The notes under the pieces are model-generated. The model saw only the letters and a program-made list of their open reading frames with translations. It searched no databases and was not told the origin of the DNA. Shown one piece after another: positions 39,320-53,235 of a stretch of DNA of 64,000 nt. The stretch is from NCBI RefSeq assembly GCF_009914755.1, contig NC_060925.1; one strand, written 5' to 3'. The DNA comes from the human T2T-CHM13v2.0 reference genome, Homo sapiens. The translations under genes were made by a program, and so were the position numbers. Positions within the stretch are counted from its first letter, which is position 1. Each line of letters starts with the position of its first letter.

Positions 39320-41290
39320 CTGCTTGAAAACACTTTTATTGTCAATTTGTATTAAGTAAGACACACAATAGAGGAGTGAACAAATTATCAAATTATAGCT
39401 CAATACATTTTCACAAAGTAAATTCCTGTGTAAATACCTCTCAGATCAGGAAATAGAACATTACTAGCATCCCAGAGGCCATCCTCCTATTTATTCCATG
39501 TTGCTATGTCCATCCCAAAATTAATATGATGTCTATCACTCTTGATTAGTTTTGCTTGTTTTTGAACTTTATGTAAATGGAATAATATGTGCTCCTTCAT
39601 GACTGACTTCTTTAATCAACATCATGCTTATTATATTCACTCATGTGATTGCATGTAGTAGTGATTTGTTTATTTTTATTGCTCTGTAGCATTCTATTGT
39701 GGGAATGTATCATGGAATATACTGTTTTACTGTTGATGGGTATTTGAGTACATTCTAGTTTTTGGGCATTATGAATTGGTCAGATTTGAACATTTCTATA
39801 TATAGCTCTTGAGGGATATATGTATTCATTTTATTGAGTATTTATCTGGAAGTAGAATGCTTCTCTGGGTCAGAGTAAAATGCATATATACAATTCTATC
39901 AGTTTTTCAAAGATTAGTAATATTGTTTAACAGTATGTAATACGGTGGACTATATCTATAACCTATAGGAGTTCTTGTTGGCCTAGCACCTTTGTTAACA
40001 CTTGCTATGGTCAACCTTTTTGATATTGGCTATTCCGGTGAGTATGTAGTGATTTTTCATTGTAGTTTTAGTTTACATTTTCTTAATGGGTAATGCTATG
40101 GGCCACCTTTTCATGGGTATATTGGCTGTTTGCTATCTCTCCTTCAGTAGCTTAAGTATTATTCTTCCTGTGAAACAAGGATTCGGCATGGGGTGGCTGT
40201 GAAATAACAGCCAATTGACTCCTGCAGACTTATTCCACTTACAAACTAGGGGTCTCTCTCATGAGCACCAGTAGAGGCCCATAAAGAAGAGCCTGTGAGT
40301 GAGTGTAAACTCTCAGTGTCTGAGGACCTCAGACTGACATGTTATTCACACTCGACCTTCAACAATTCAGCCACCTGGTCCTTTCATGCTCTGCCACAGG
40401 TGACTCAGACCATACATCCCATTACCTTTGGAGGAGTCTATTGTTCCTTGCAATTCAGGCAACTTGGTTGCTCTGTTACCTTAGCTCCCTAGTGGGCTTG
40501 GAAAAGTTACAATTTCATAGTTTCTTCAGCTTTTTCTCACTGTTAGGGTGAAACCAACACTTTGTTAAATTTTTACATCCAAGGTAGAAGTAGAAATCCT
40601 GAATTTCAATTTTTTCATGTGTAGTCAAGTCTAGTTCACTCCCACTCCTCGCATAGAGCATTCCAGGGACTCCAAGTGTGAACCCATGCTATTTGCTAGT
40701 CAGCAGTATCTCCAGTCAGGAGTAGGCCCTGAACTCCGATTTTCATTTCCAGAGTATCATGAGGCTCCCCTAAACTCTGCCATGATTTTTAGTCACTTTC
40801 TGTTTGACTTCTTGACCTTCTGTTCTAGGTAGCTTAAGAACCACCAAATTCCCCAGGAAAGAACTGGTGATCAGTGTTGGAACTTCTCTGCATCTCCTTT
40901 CTCTTGGAGATTTGGGGCCCTCAAGTCTGGATGGCTTGCCAGCCAAGAGCTCACATTTTTATCTTCTCAACCTCACACAACTGCTGAAAGCTCTGCTGCC
41001 TCTCTGCCTCTTAACCAGCTGTCTTTTGGCTAGCTCCTCAGCTTTCAACCTTGAGTCAAAATGTGGCAAATATTCCAAAGGGAAAAGTGGCAGGCAGAAA
41101 GTTGAGCTTATCTCAATGAGCTTTCCTTCTCTCTAGGATATTGTCCTCAGTGATTGTAGCTAATGTGACAGTTCTCTGATGCTTTTAAAAAGGTGATTTT
41201 TTTTTGAATTTTTAAAATATTATGTCTGGCTTTTCTTGTTGTTCTCATTGGGAGCATTAGATTTTTGTTATGCTCCATCAGAGCCAGGAG
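39320..41290 (-). mobile_element. Old L1ME-type fragments (3' end at about 39320-40140, degraded 5' region beyond)
   Basis: cagatcaggaaatagaacattactagcatcccagagg, ttttgaactttatgtaaatggaat, cattgtagttttagtttacattttcttaatg. Confidence 0.65.
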
Positions 41291-42529
41291 AGGAAGTTTT
41301 GAATGCATTCTTGTACTCAAGGATGTGAAACACAGAAGGAATACTGCCTCACTAAAAAATGTTCTTAAAATTTTCTGGAGGTAACTAGGTTTCAGAATCT
41401 ACCAGATGACCGTTTTAATCATTATTAACAAAAAGGTTTACACAACAAATAAATGCCAAATGATTTAGTTTCTTTTTTTAAAAAATATGAATTGGCTTTA
41501 ATAGGGAAATGAATAAGGAAGAAATAGATCAGACTCTTGCTCTTCAAAAAGATGCAATGATCTTTGGCAGAGCCTCTTGGAGTGAGCTGAGGAAGAAAAG
41601 AAAGAAGGCCTATTTGGTCAGGCCTCACGTCCTCCGAGCATATTATCAAATGCAGCTCTGCATACAGATATTACATGTTTTATGTTAAAAAATTTGAAAT
41701 GTTGAATATAAGTGTATTGCAATGTTTATAACCCTATTTCGTTACGTTTAATTTTTAATATACTGTGAGTCTCAAAAACTGAAGATGGTTTGGATGAGCC
41801 CCTCTCAATCTCTGAGAAACCCTGGTTCTCAAAGTTGAGAGGTTTATCTTAGACCCAATCAAATCTGTCCTATGTGCAATATATGTTCCTTTCTTTTAAA
41901 AGAAAGCAGTCCTAGGATATACACACTGTGATGCAGACAATAATTTTTCTCAGCGTTTCCACATTTCTGCCTTTAGCTCACAGGAGAGCTGTAGTTTATT
42001 TCAAAGTTGATGCTGATCTGGGTCCTGCACCTGTAGAAGAGAGTAAACCAAGTGACAGGAAATAGCAGATTACGTGTGCATAGCTTATTGTTTTTATTAG
42101 ATGGTGATATTGAGGCAAAAGAAAGTGAGATTATGTTTCTTGGCTCAAATAACGAATTTGCATCTCAGTAGGAATACAAATCAACTGCCATTCAGAATGA
42201 TTACTTAGTTACATATATTTTAAAGGAAAATACCATTGCACAAATAAACAGTATAACTGTGTCCTTTTTAACTCAAGTATCTCTGGATTAGCAAAACACC
42301 AGGGTCTCCCATAGGCCAAACTGCCTGGGGCACTCAACACTCAACAGGTGCTGCTGCTGGATTAGCAGCACACAAGTGTCTGACTCTGGTGGATGACTGA
42401 GCTCAAATAGGCAGGTTTCACAACTTTACTATCTGTTGTCAACTAGATGAAAGAAATGATGGCAGAAATGGTATCCTGCAACCCTAACTGCTCTACCTTA
42501 ATCCATTAAGTTCTTGCTATATTATTAAC

Positions 42530-43025
42530 TTTTTATTTTTGAAAATCTCATTGAGAGGGATGGAGAAAAACATGCAAATAACTAATTGTAGGTCAATACA
42601 TGCGATAGAAATGTCCCAGTGGCTGAAGTGGCCATGTGGAAGAACCAGAGTGGTAAAGGAAATGAAACAAATAGAAATGACTCAGACTTCACTATCTGGG
42701 TGGATGGTATTGCCCAAATGGAGACAGAAAATGCAAGAAGTAAGAGAAGAAGCAGGACTTATTCAGCACTGAGAATGGTGTGGTTAACAAAGCTGTAGGG
42801 CATATCAATGGAAATGTTTAGTAGGCAGGTAGGTGGATCTGTTGCTCAGATGTAGATCTGGACTAAAACTGGAGATTCGTGAGCAATGGAAATATAGGAG
42901 ATAGTTGAAGCTATGGAAGGAGGTGAGATTTTCAGAGAGGGTAGATAAAGTGAAAGTAGTAAATGGCTGAGAATGAATGTTTGGAAGAAACAGAGGAATA
43001 GGAGCAGGGAACTAAAGAAAAGTCT
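42530..43025 (-). mobile_element. L2 fragment
   Basis: ggaaatgtttagtaggcag...gatagttgaagctatggaaggaggtgagatt. Confidence 0.55.
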
Positions 43026-43033
43026 GGTTTCTT

Positions 43034-43340
<307 letters not shown>

Positions 43341-43838
43341 TCAACCCAGGAAAGAAGCTGGGGTCCTGTCCAAGGAATCTTAGGAGATAGCTATCCAAAC
43401 ATATACTGACTTCTCCCCAGCCTCCCCTTCCACCCTCCCACCCTCAACCCCCTACCTCATCTTCCCACTCCCATACCTCCTTCTCTAACTCCCCCTCCAT
43501 CCCCCTCCACGTTACATGCATCTCTTGCTACCCTTTCTGGATGCTGTTTGCCTTTACCTGCTTGCACTTGCCTCATTCACTCAGGATATCCACTGGCTGA
43601 AGTGCTTGCCCCAAAGATTTTTCCACCAGCCTTGCTCTCTGGGCTTACCTTGTTCTAGTCCTGCTTTCTCTGCATCTGGCCTGTGACACTCACTATAGAA
43701 CTTGGAGCTGCCTAATCTACAGCTCTACTGATTGCCGTTTTAGTTTGAGTGGCATAGTGTGCATGTGCGCACATGTATGTGTGTGTGCATATGTACATTT
43801 TATTTAAAATAGCAGAGACTGAATATGACTATAGTGGA

Positions 43839-44271
<433 letters not shown>

Positions 44272-44888
44272 TAAATACATCATTTTCTCCTTAGTCTCTT
44301 ATTTTCAATCATGTTATTTCCGATTTCCTCCTTGCATGTTTACCAACATCAGTGATATAAATAAACATGACATCGTGTTATTGTGTGGTTCATGTATCTG
44401 CTTTTGCATCTGCCTATGAACTCTTAACTTCAGATTTCACGCTTTGCTTTAGAGGCTAACTTGGTCAGAGTGAATGCCTTATTTCTTATGATGAATTGAT
44501 GTATCATTTTACTTTTAAAAGCTTTTTTTCCCCATCAACAGTCATTCCATTGACTATTCATTCCTCCAACAAGTATGTCTTCAGTATCTACTGTTTTTGT
44601 ATGTATATGTGCATTTGTGGTGTATTCTTACACTGACTTATTTGAACTTCAGAATAATGAAAAAGAAGGGGCCAATAACTAACCCACTGAGTTACTGAGC
44701 TGTGGGGACATAAAGTGACTACCTAAGGTTCACAGAGATAGCTATTGGAGATAATGTCAAAACTCACTTCCCAAGCCTCCTTTCGTAGCATCTTTTCAGG
44801 AGATGAGCTCTGCAACCTAAAATGTGAGTCAGAAAGGTAACACTATGGACTTCCTCCAGGGTCTCAGACTAACAGCAACAATAGTAAT

Positions 44889-45258
44889 TGATACAGTTTG
44901 GCTGTGTCCCCACCCAAATCTCATCTTGAGTCGTAGTTCTCATAATCCACATGTGTGGTGGGAGGGACCCGGAGGGAGGTAATTTAATCATGGGAGTAGA
45001 CACTTCATGCTGTTCTGGTAATAATGAATGAGTTCTCATGAGATCTGATGGTTTTGTAAGGGGCTTTTACCCCTTTGCTCAGCACTTCTCCTTCTTGCTG
45101 CCATGTGAAGAACGTGTTTGTTTCCCCTTCCGCTGTGATTGTAACTTTCCTGAGACCTCCTCAGCCCTGTGAAACTGCGAGTCAATTAAACCTTTTTCCT
45201 TTATAAATTACCCAGACTCAGGCAGTTCTTTATAGCAGTGTAAAAATGGACAAATACA
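44889..45258 (+). mobile_element. THE1D-like MaLR solo LTR
   Basis: tgatacagtttggctgtgtccccacccaaatctcatcttga...ttataaattacccag...aataca; TSD gtaat/ataat. Confidence 0.9.
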
Positions 45259-45606
45259 ATAATAATAAAAAATAAAAAATCAGCTAACATTCATTGAATA
45301 CTCATTATGTTCTAGGCATTATTTTATTATTTTTTCATTATTATTGTATTAGTTCATTTTTACACTGCTATAAAGAATGATTACATTATTTCACCATTAC
45401 ATTATTCCATTTATATTTCATTTGACATATAAAGAAACAAGACTTTGAAAGTGTAAACAATTCTGCAAAAGTTCATGGCAGAATGGAGGGTAAAAACATG
45501 AAATGAATGTCTTAGAAAGAGTTATTGAGCAATAATGATAGAGTCATTATCTTCAGTAATGACTCAAGAGAAGGCCATGGAATTTTAAAGTTAGAAGGAT
45601 TGTAGC

Positions 45607-45980
45607 CACTATTGTGTGAATGTGTATGTTCTCCCCGCCTTCCGAAAACATGTTGAAATCCTAACCACCCCTGCCCCACACAAAATGATTGTTTGAGGAG
45701 GTGGGGCCTTTAGGGGTGATTACGTCATGAAAGTGAACCGCTCATGAATGGGATTAGTCCACTTATAAAAGATGCCCCAGAGAGACACCTCACCTCTTCC
45801 ATCATGGGAGGACACAATGAGAAGACTGCTGTCTAAGGTAGTGGGCCCTCACTAAGACACCAAATATGCCAGCACTTTAATCTTGGACTTAGCCTCCAGA
45901 ACTGTGAGAAATAAATTTCTGTTGTCTATAAGCTACTGAGTCTATGGTTTTTTGTTATAGCAGCCCTAAAGGCTAAGACA
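45607..45980 (+). mobile_element. MLT1A0-like MaLR solo LTR
   Basis: gaggtggggcctttagg...ctcatgaatgggattag...cctccagaactgtgagaaataaatttctgttg...ctaagaca. Confidence 0.85.
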
Positions 45981-46025
45981 ATAGGTAACAACAAGTATTT
46001 GTGTGATACTGTATTAGGGTAAATC

Positions 46026-46425
46026 TGTATCAGTTGGGCTTTTACCAGGGAAAGAGAAGCGGTGGGGTATCCATCTGTATCTGTATCTATGTCTATATCT
46101 ATGTCTATCTATATTATCTATATCTATGTCAAAAGAGATTCACTTCAAGGAATTGACTTATGTGATCATGGAGCTAGAAAGTTTTAAATCTGTGGGGCAG
46201 GCCCACTGGCTGTAGATCAACACTGTAGGTCACAGGGAGAATTTCTTCTACTTTTGGGAAACTTCAGTTTTCCTCTTAAGACCTTTCAACTGATTGGATG
46301 AAGCTCATCCTAACTCAAAGTCAACTTACTTCTACAAAATAGCTTCACAGCGGTGCCTAGATTAGTGTTTAATGAAATAACTTGTATTTTATGTGTCAAA
46401 TTTACACATGAAACTCACCATCACA
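46026..46425 (-). mobile_element. MLT2 (MLT2D-like) ERVL LTR
   Basis: caaggaattgacttatgtgatcatggag, cctttcaactgattggatga, aaactcaccatcaca. Confidence 0.78.
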
Positions 46426-48179
46426 GGTGCTTTATAGTTAATTAAGTGTGTTCGCATATCTTATCACTTTGGGTTACCAGTAATAAATAATACATGGTCC
46501 TCCCCTCAAGGTACTACAGAAACATGTAGTACCTTGTATTGGAAGACAGAAACATGTAATTATAGAACAGTTATAGAAATGTTATAATAGAGATATTGCA
46601 AAGTGCTATGGGAATATGGAAAAAGAATAACTTGGAGGCCTTTAAGGAGGAAGATGGGATTAGAAAAAACAACCATTTTAGCATTGTGCTGGGATTTTAC
46701 ATCCATTCGTTTATTAAATTCTTTACAACTCTGTGAGTTTAGGTGGTATGATTCCCATTTTACAAATGTGGAAAGTAAGAATGACCCAGTAACTTTCCAA
46801 ACATCTCACAGCCTGTAAGTTGCTGAGTTAGGACTTGAAATGATTCTGGTACCAAAGTCTATACCTTTTCTACTGTGTTATCACAGAGACTGTTAAACTC
46901 ATCATTAAACTTCTGATACCATTGAACAGCGTGCCCTCCATGTGGCTGGCACTCCTTTGATGTTAATTAAATTACAACATTGAGTTGAATTGGACTGAAC
47001 TGAACTGAGTAATCACTGAACGGTGGTAGATAGGTCTAGAGAACTGTTACCCTTGCTTACTTGGAGACTTTGATATCCGCTCCCTCTATGTCTCATCTGT
47101 GCAGTGAGAGTTTGAAGATGATGTTGAAATTTATTTCAGTTATTAAAGGTTATTTTTCTATGAATTGGCTTCCCTGAGGTCACACAGCTAGAGGGTGACA
47201 TTACAGTGAAGTATTTTCCCTTGATTTTTATTATAAAAATGTTCCACATATAACCAGAGATGAAAAGGCAGTAAAATAAGTGCAATGAAACAAAATACCA
47301 TGAAGGAAAGAATGAGTAAATAAATGTTTTTCAGCTATTACTGACCGTTTCCTGGCTAAAGCAGAGGCAAAGTAAAATTATAATAGGAACGCAATGAGCC
47401 GCGCTTTATTTTTCAAGTGATATTGATTTCAAATGTTCCTGTCCCCAGTTCTTTGGGCAATTGCTGTTTTTGAGTGTCCCAGGTGAGCTCTTTTGTTACC
47501 TGGGCTCCCAAATCTTGAATGAGTTGACCCCAGTGAATGCTTCCATCAAGGACAAAGCTGCCCTGATGGTGACAACAAGGCATATTTAGCTCTTGTTTTA
47601 ACCTTTTCATCTGATTGAAGTAGGTGCTCAGAAGCCTGGGAGGACAAAACTAATTGCTTTAGATTTTTCAGCACAGGCTGTTACCAACATAGGGGAACAT
47701 TGACCGTGTTTATGGGATGCAGAATGATCTCATGCCCCTGGAATTGCTTAATTGACTGTTCTTCTCTGAAATCAGCTACTGAGAATCTTTGCCATCCTTT
47801 TTTCTTGAATACTCCTTAAAGAGGTCGTGCTCACCAAGAAATCCCCTGAATTCACATTTTCTCAGGTGAATGTTCCTAGGGCACTATTCCCTCTCATCAC
47901 ATGTTTAATATTCTAGGTTCTGACTTCTTGTTTTTCTGGGAGAGGGCTTGTACTGTCTAATTCTGAGGCATCTTTACATTACTAGCTGATTATTTGGTCT
48001 CTGGTGCCATTTGGTGCTCACTGTATAACCTTGTGGTGAGTTGAAGTGGACAACCTACCTCGGTGTAATTGAAGGTAGGAAAGTGAATATGTTGTTTATT
48101 TGTGACTAGTGTGGCCTGGAACTTATTTTGATGTTCCTTTCTAGCTCTTTCCAGAAGCTTCTGAGGGCTACCTTTTCCT

Positions 48180-48643
48180 TGTTTGTCTCATTGGTTCTAG
48201 GAGCACCATCAAGGGTACTTCTCATTTGTCCAGATCCCCTTTCTAACCTGGTTTGCTCCCTGAAGGCAGATCTTCATGGGCAGCATTGACCAGCTCCCTC
48301 CCTTGCCCACTGGCTTTCAATCCCACCAGTGGGAAGCATAGGCCCATGAGGGAGAAAGAGAGGGATATTTTTCTCCTGGCTACCCTCTCCAGGGCCTCTG
48401 CTTGACAGGGGCTTTTTCTTTTACTTAAGGAGGTGCTCATTTCCTTGGTCTTCTCTCATAGTTACAAGCGTCCCTGAATTCTAGTAACCAAACTTCCCTT
48501 TGCTCTTTCAGGCCTAAGGATGGCAGTGGCTTTCCACTTTCTCTTAACTCTGCCACACTTCTGTACAAAGTCTCTTCATTAATAGTTTTTAAACAACCCC
48601 TTTTTGAGGATTTTGCTTGTTGTTGCTGAAACCCTGACAAATA
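48180..48643 (+). mobile_element. LTR33-like ERVL solo LTR
   Basis: ttcaggcctaaggatggcagtggctt...cttcattaa...accctgacaaataca. Confidence 0.65.
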
Positions 48644-48781
48644 CAAATACATGGAAGCAGAAGTAGGTGTTGGGTGCAGAGTTGTGGGCAGAGACTTCCA
48701 TGATGGTCTCCATTTCTTTCCTCCAGCCATATCCCTGTTGATCAGTCTTGTCTGTAAAGCGCAGTGTTTTAAAAGAAAATA

Positions 48782-48958
48782 CAGGTTTTCTTCATAGGTA
48801 TGCAACCTGTGTAGTTTCAAAGGGCCTAGCACAGAATAGGACTCTGGGCTTGGTTAAATGCTCTGCTGCTGCTACCTTGGAATTCTTAATAGTTTTTGAG
48901 CAAGAAGTCCTGCCTTTTCAATTTGCACAGGGCTCTGCAAATAAGGTAGCCAGACCTA
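48782..48958 (+). mobile_element. MER45A
   Basis: gcttggttaaatgctctgctgctgctaccttggaattcttaatagtttttgagcaag. Confidence 0.8.
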
Positions 48959-49118
48959 TGAGCAAACATAGAATTGAAGGAGAGGACAAGTTCTTAGCTA
49001 CTCTCTTTTCCTAAGGGAAAGTTCTTCCACATTTCTCTCATTCTTCTCCCCAAAAGAAGAAATACTAATCTTATTTTAAGGTGGTTCCTGGGTCGCATTT
49101 ACCCCCAGGAATAGATAC

Positions 49119-49219
49119 CTGGGTTTCTTTGCTTCTTGTTGCTCCAGCTGCTCTTCGCCTGCGGGCTTTCTCTTTCTGTTTTCCCCTTCCAAGTGGCTTT
49201 TGAAGTAATAGAGTCCAGA
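49119..49219 (-). other. Candidate exon (101 nt, or 117 nt with an alternative donor at 49103) with an open frame SGLYYFKSHLEGENRKRKPAGEEQLEQQEAKKP(R)
   Basis: Acceptor ctcttcttccttctcctgtag|; donors CAG|gtatct or GGG|gtaaat; purine-rich, ESE-like and non-repeat in appearance. Confidence 0.42.
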
Positions 49220-49559
49220 CTACAGGAGAAGGAAGAAGAGCCTGACATTGAGAGGTCTCCCTCTTTTATTCTTTCAATATTCCCAGACACTTATCTCTTT
49301 GACCTCCTATCCCTTGTGACTAACTGGAAATCTGGGGTTTGGGCTTAAGAAGATAAAGGAGCCTCACAAATTCATTTTTAGGCCTTGTTCTTAAGTCGAT
49401 TAGATCCGTATCATTTATCAGAGCTATTATAACTATCATAGTTCTGATTAGGAGTTCCAACTATAATCCCTGCTAATAATTTCCTTTGCCACTCTTTCCT
49501 GTAAGTTCATGTTCATCCAGAACCTCATAGGTAGAAGAATTACTGGTTAGCAAATGAAA

Positions 49560-50380
49560 CAAAATGGGAAAACTCTCCTTCATCTCCCCTCTATTCCTCA
49601 TCACTAGTAGAACATTCTGGCATACATTCTTCCGGACTGCCTCTACATTAATATTCAAATACATACATTTACATACACATTTGAAAATACAATTGAAAAA
49701 TAATATGACCATATATGTATGTTTGTATAATATCCATATATGTGATTTTTATATTTAATAATACATCTTGAAGATCTTTCCATGTCACTACATGATGATC
49801 TACCCCAGTTATTTTTTCTATCTGAATAAGATTCTGTAGAATGGAGTTGAATCTTCCCTGTTAGACATTTATGTTGTTTACAACTCTTTGCTATTATATG
49901 CAATCATCATTGTACTTGTGTGTCTATAGATAAAAAAATTCTTTAGACCAAATTACTAGAAGTAACTTGATGGATCATAAGATTTTCATCTTAATCTTTG
50001 ATAAATAGTACTAAGTTGTAGCTTGAATAAAACAATATTGCATAAGCAGTTTCTAGCCATGCCATTTTCTCAAAATCTCAACTCTTGACTTTTGATGTCA
50101 TTTGATTTTATTTTTTAAATATTTGTAAATATGATGGCAAAATTATATCTTAATTAGCCTTTTTCTCATCACTTTTGAAAGTCAGCATCTTCTCATATAT
50201 TTGTCATTTATATTACTTATTCAGTAAATTGCTCATTTCCTTTTCTCTTTTTTAATCAATTTATTTATTTTTTTTCTCATGCATTTTAGTTTGCTCTTTA
50301 TTCTAAATGCAGATCCATTGTCACATACTTTGCAAATGTTCCCACTAGTATATGTCTTGTTTTTTAAGTTTTCTTTCTTC
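49560..50380 (-). mobile_element. L1ME 3' fragment
   Basis: gacatttatgttgtttacaactctttgctatt, cagcatcttctcatatatttg, tttgcaaatgttccc. Confidence 0.6.
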
Positions 50381-50397
50381 CTTTTGTTTTTTTGTAG

Positions 50398-50740
<343 letters not shown>

Positions 50741-51079
50741 GAGTCTTTTAAGTTTTCTTATTCAGCCTTTCGTTATTTAAAGGAAGAAGCTAATCAAAAT
50801 AATAAGATACACGATCAGAATTACAGTATCATTTCCTGTTCTCTCTTTTCTCTGTTAGCACCTTCTGAAATAAGGTGGAATTTTTAGGTCTATACTGAAC
50901 ATTTCCTGATTCTACCATACTTTCTAGTCTTTGAGTGTTATGCAGTTTTGGGGGGAGAGTTTCATTATATTATCTTCTAGCTTATGTCCATTGTGTTTTT
51001 TTAATTCAACTGTAAAGCCCAACTTTGTACTTCAATTCTCGAATGGTTAATTTCCATTTTTATACTTAGTTCCTTTAAA

Positions 51080-51950
51080 ATCTACTTTATAAATATATAC
51101 CTTTTAAATATGCAGTTTAAGGAATTTCAAAAAATTTAAACAACTTTGTAATTATCACCAGTCATGATATAGAACATTTCCATCATTCCAAAATGTTCCC
51201 TCATGCCTCTTTGGAGTCAATCCTCTCCTCTCATCCCTAATCCTTGACAACCACAGGTATACTTTCTGTCACTAGAGTTTTGCCTTTTCTAAAATTCTAC
51301 ATAAAGGCAATTATATACTATGTAACATTTTGAAACTAGCTTTTTTTCACTTAGCATAATGCTTTGAGATTCATGACTTTTGTTATGTATTTAAGTGGTT
51401 TCTTTATTTTTATTGTTGAGGAGTATTCCACTGCATGGATATACCACAGTTATTTATCCAATCACTCATCAATGATTGGGTTGTTTGCAGTTTTTGGTGT
51501 GGATATTCGTGCCTGGTCAATGGCTGCTTTTGCATTACGGTGGCAAAGTTGGACAGTTCTGATAGATACCACATAACTTTCAAATCTAATAATATCTGTC
51601 CTTTATCCAATAATGTGACCTTTGCAGAAAGTTTGCCACCCCTTCATAGAGTATATTTAAAATAGCTGTTTCAATGTTTTTGATTGTTAATTCCATCAAT
51701 TCTGTCATTTATGTTTCTTGTAATTGATTATTTTTTCTTTGCTTATGGGTCACATTTTTCTTTTATATGTCTGGCAACTTTTTACTGGATGCTGGACATT
51801 GTGAATTTTATGTCACTATGTGCTGAATTTTGTTGTATTCTTTTAAATAGAGTTGGAATGTGTAATGGCATTTGTTTACGTTACCTGGAGTCAGTTGTAT
51901 TTTTTCAAAGTTACTTCTAACCTTTGTTAGAGCATTTCCAGAGTTGCCTT
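51080..51950. mobile_element. L1M fragments (minus) with a MER58-like piece at about 51505-51642
   Basis: gatatagaacatttccatcattccaaaatgttccctcatgcc (L1 3' end); atggctgcttttgcatta...cctttgcagaaagtttgcca (MER58). Confidence 0.65.
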
Positions 51951-51957
51951 TGGTCTT

Positions 51958-52668
51958 GCAAAGAAAAATGCAAAATCTCAGGCTCCTCAAACTCTTTATG
52001 CCAACGGAAAGATTAAGTCTGGAGGCTTGAGTCATGCAACACCCTCTTCCAAATCAATAGCTGTTACTAGCATTATGCATCAGCCAGATCCCCATGGAAA
52101 TATAGAAGGCCTCAGGCATCTACAAATGACTGCCCCCACAGATCATTCATAAGTAAATTCTTTGCTTGCCCCCCATAAAAAAGGACATGCCAAGGACATA
52201 GTAACTTTAGGTCTATAAACTAAGCCTAGCTTCAAAAACAAAAGTCTGTTCCATTACACACTGGTGATGTTGATTTTAAGCTTATCTTCCCAGGGGTAGA
52301 ACAAAGACAAACCAAGATTAATAATTTCTCAACCCACCTGGAGATGTCTACATAATTGATTCTTCCTTTACTCCTTTTTTTTTTTAATCTTAAAACATTT
52401 ACCTTACCTTATGTAAAATGTAGATTTACTGGGCACCAGCTAAAGTCCCACAAGATTGTAACTATTCACCTTATTGCCTACTTGCCCATCTTCCTACTTG
52501 CCTCTCCTCACCCTTTAAGGGAATGTATAAATATTAAACCTCCTGACAAATCTCTTCAGAAAAAAAGCCACAGATGCATCTCATATTTTTCCCAGACATG
52601 CCCTTAAGCTGGCTCAATAAACCTCAATTGATTGAGATCTTTCCCTCAGTCCCTCACTTCTGTTATCA
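51958..52668 (+). mobile_element. MER4-family ERV1 solo LTR
   Basis: aaaatctcagg...tatgccaa..gaaagattaag...tgagtcatgcaa; accttatgtaaaatgtagatttactgggcac; AATAAA near 52616; ends ...tca. Confidence 0.78.
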
Positions 52669-53235
52669 TTCTAGGGAAAATCTAACACTATTAATAAAGC
52701 CACTATCTTCTAAAGACTACTGGATGCCACTTGTCTTATGAGGTCATTTCACTCTAGCTTTTGGGAACATAAACCAATCCTGGCCCTGTGTGACGTATGG
52801 AAATTATCTAGTGGACTGTTTTTTCCATTGCTGTTTCCCTAACCTTGGGAAGTTTCCTCTCACTCATGTAGAGATAAGTACTCAACCAAAGTGCCAAGGA
52901 GACTTTTCTACAGATCTGTGAAGCTTTCTTTCTGTGCATCTCCCTTATTTATGATATTCTTTTTCATTAAATCTAGCTGACTTGGTCTCCTTGAACTCCC
53001 ATCTCTGTCTCCTTAACTTAGTAGGAGTGCTGGGCTTTGAGTTTTTCCTTTATGTATGGCAACCTCAAAAATGCTTCTAGTTGTTTTCCTCTTAGAGATA
53101 AGAGACCTTTCCTGCTTATGTTTCAGCATTTAAAAATAATTATTTCATATAGTCTGCTTCATTTTCTATTGTTGTATGTGGAGGATAAACCCAGTCTCTG
53201 CTACTGCATTATTGTAAGAAATGGAATTGTAGCAT

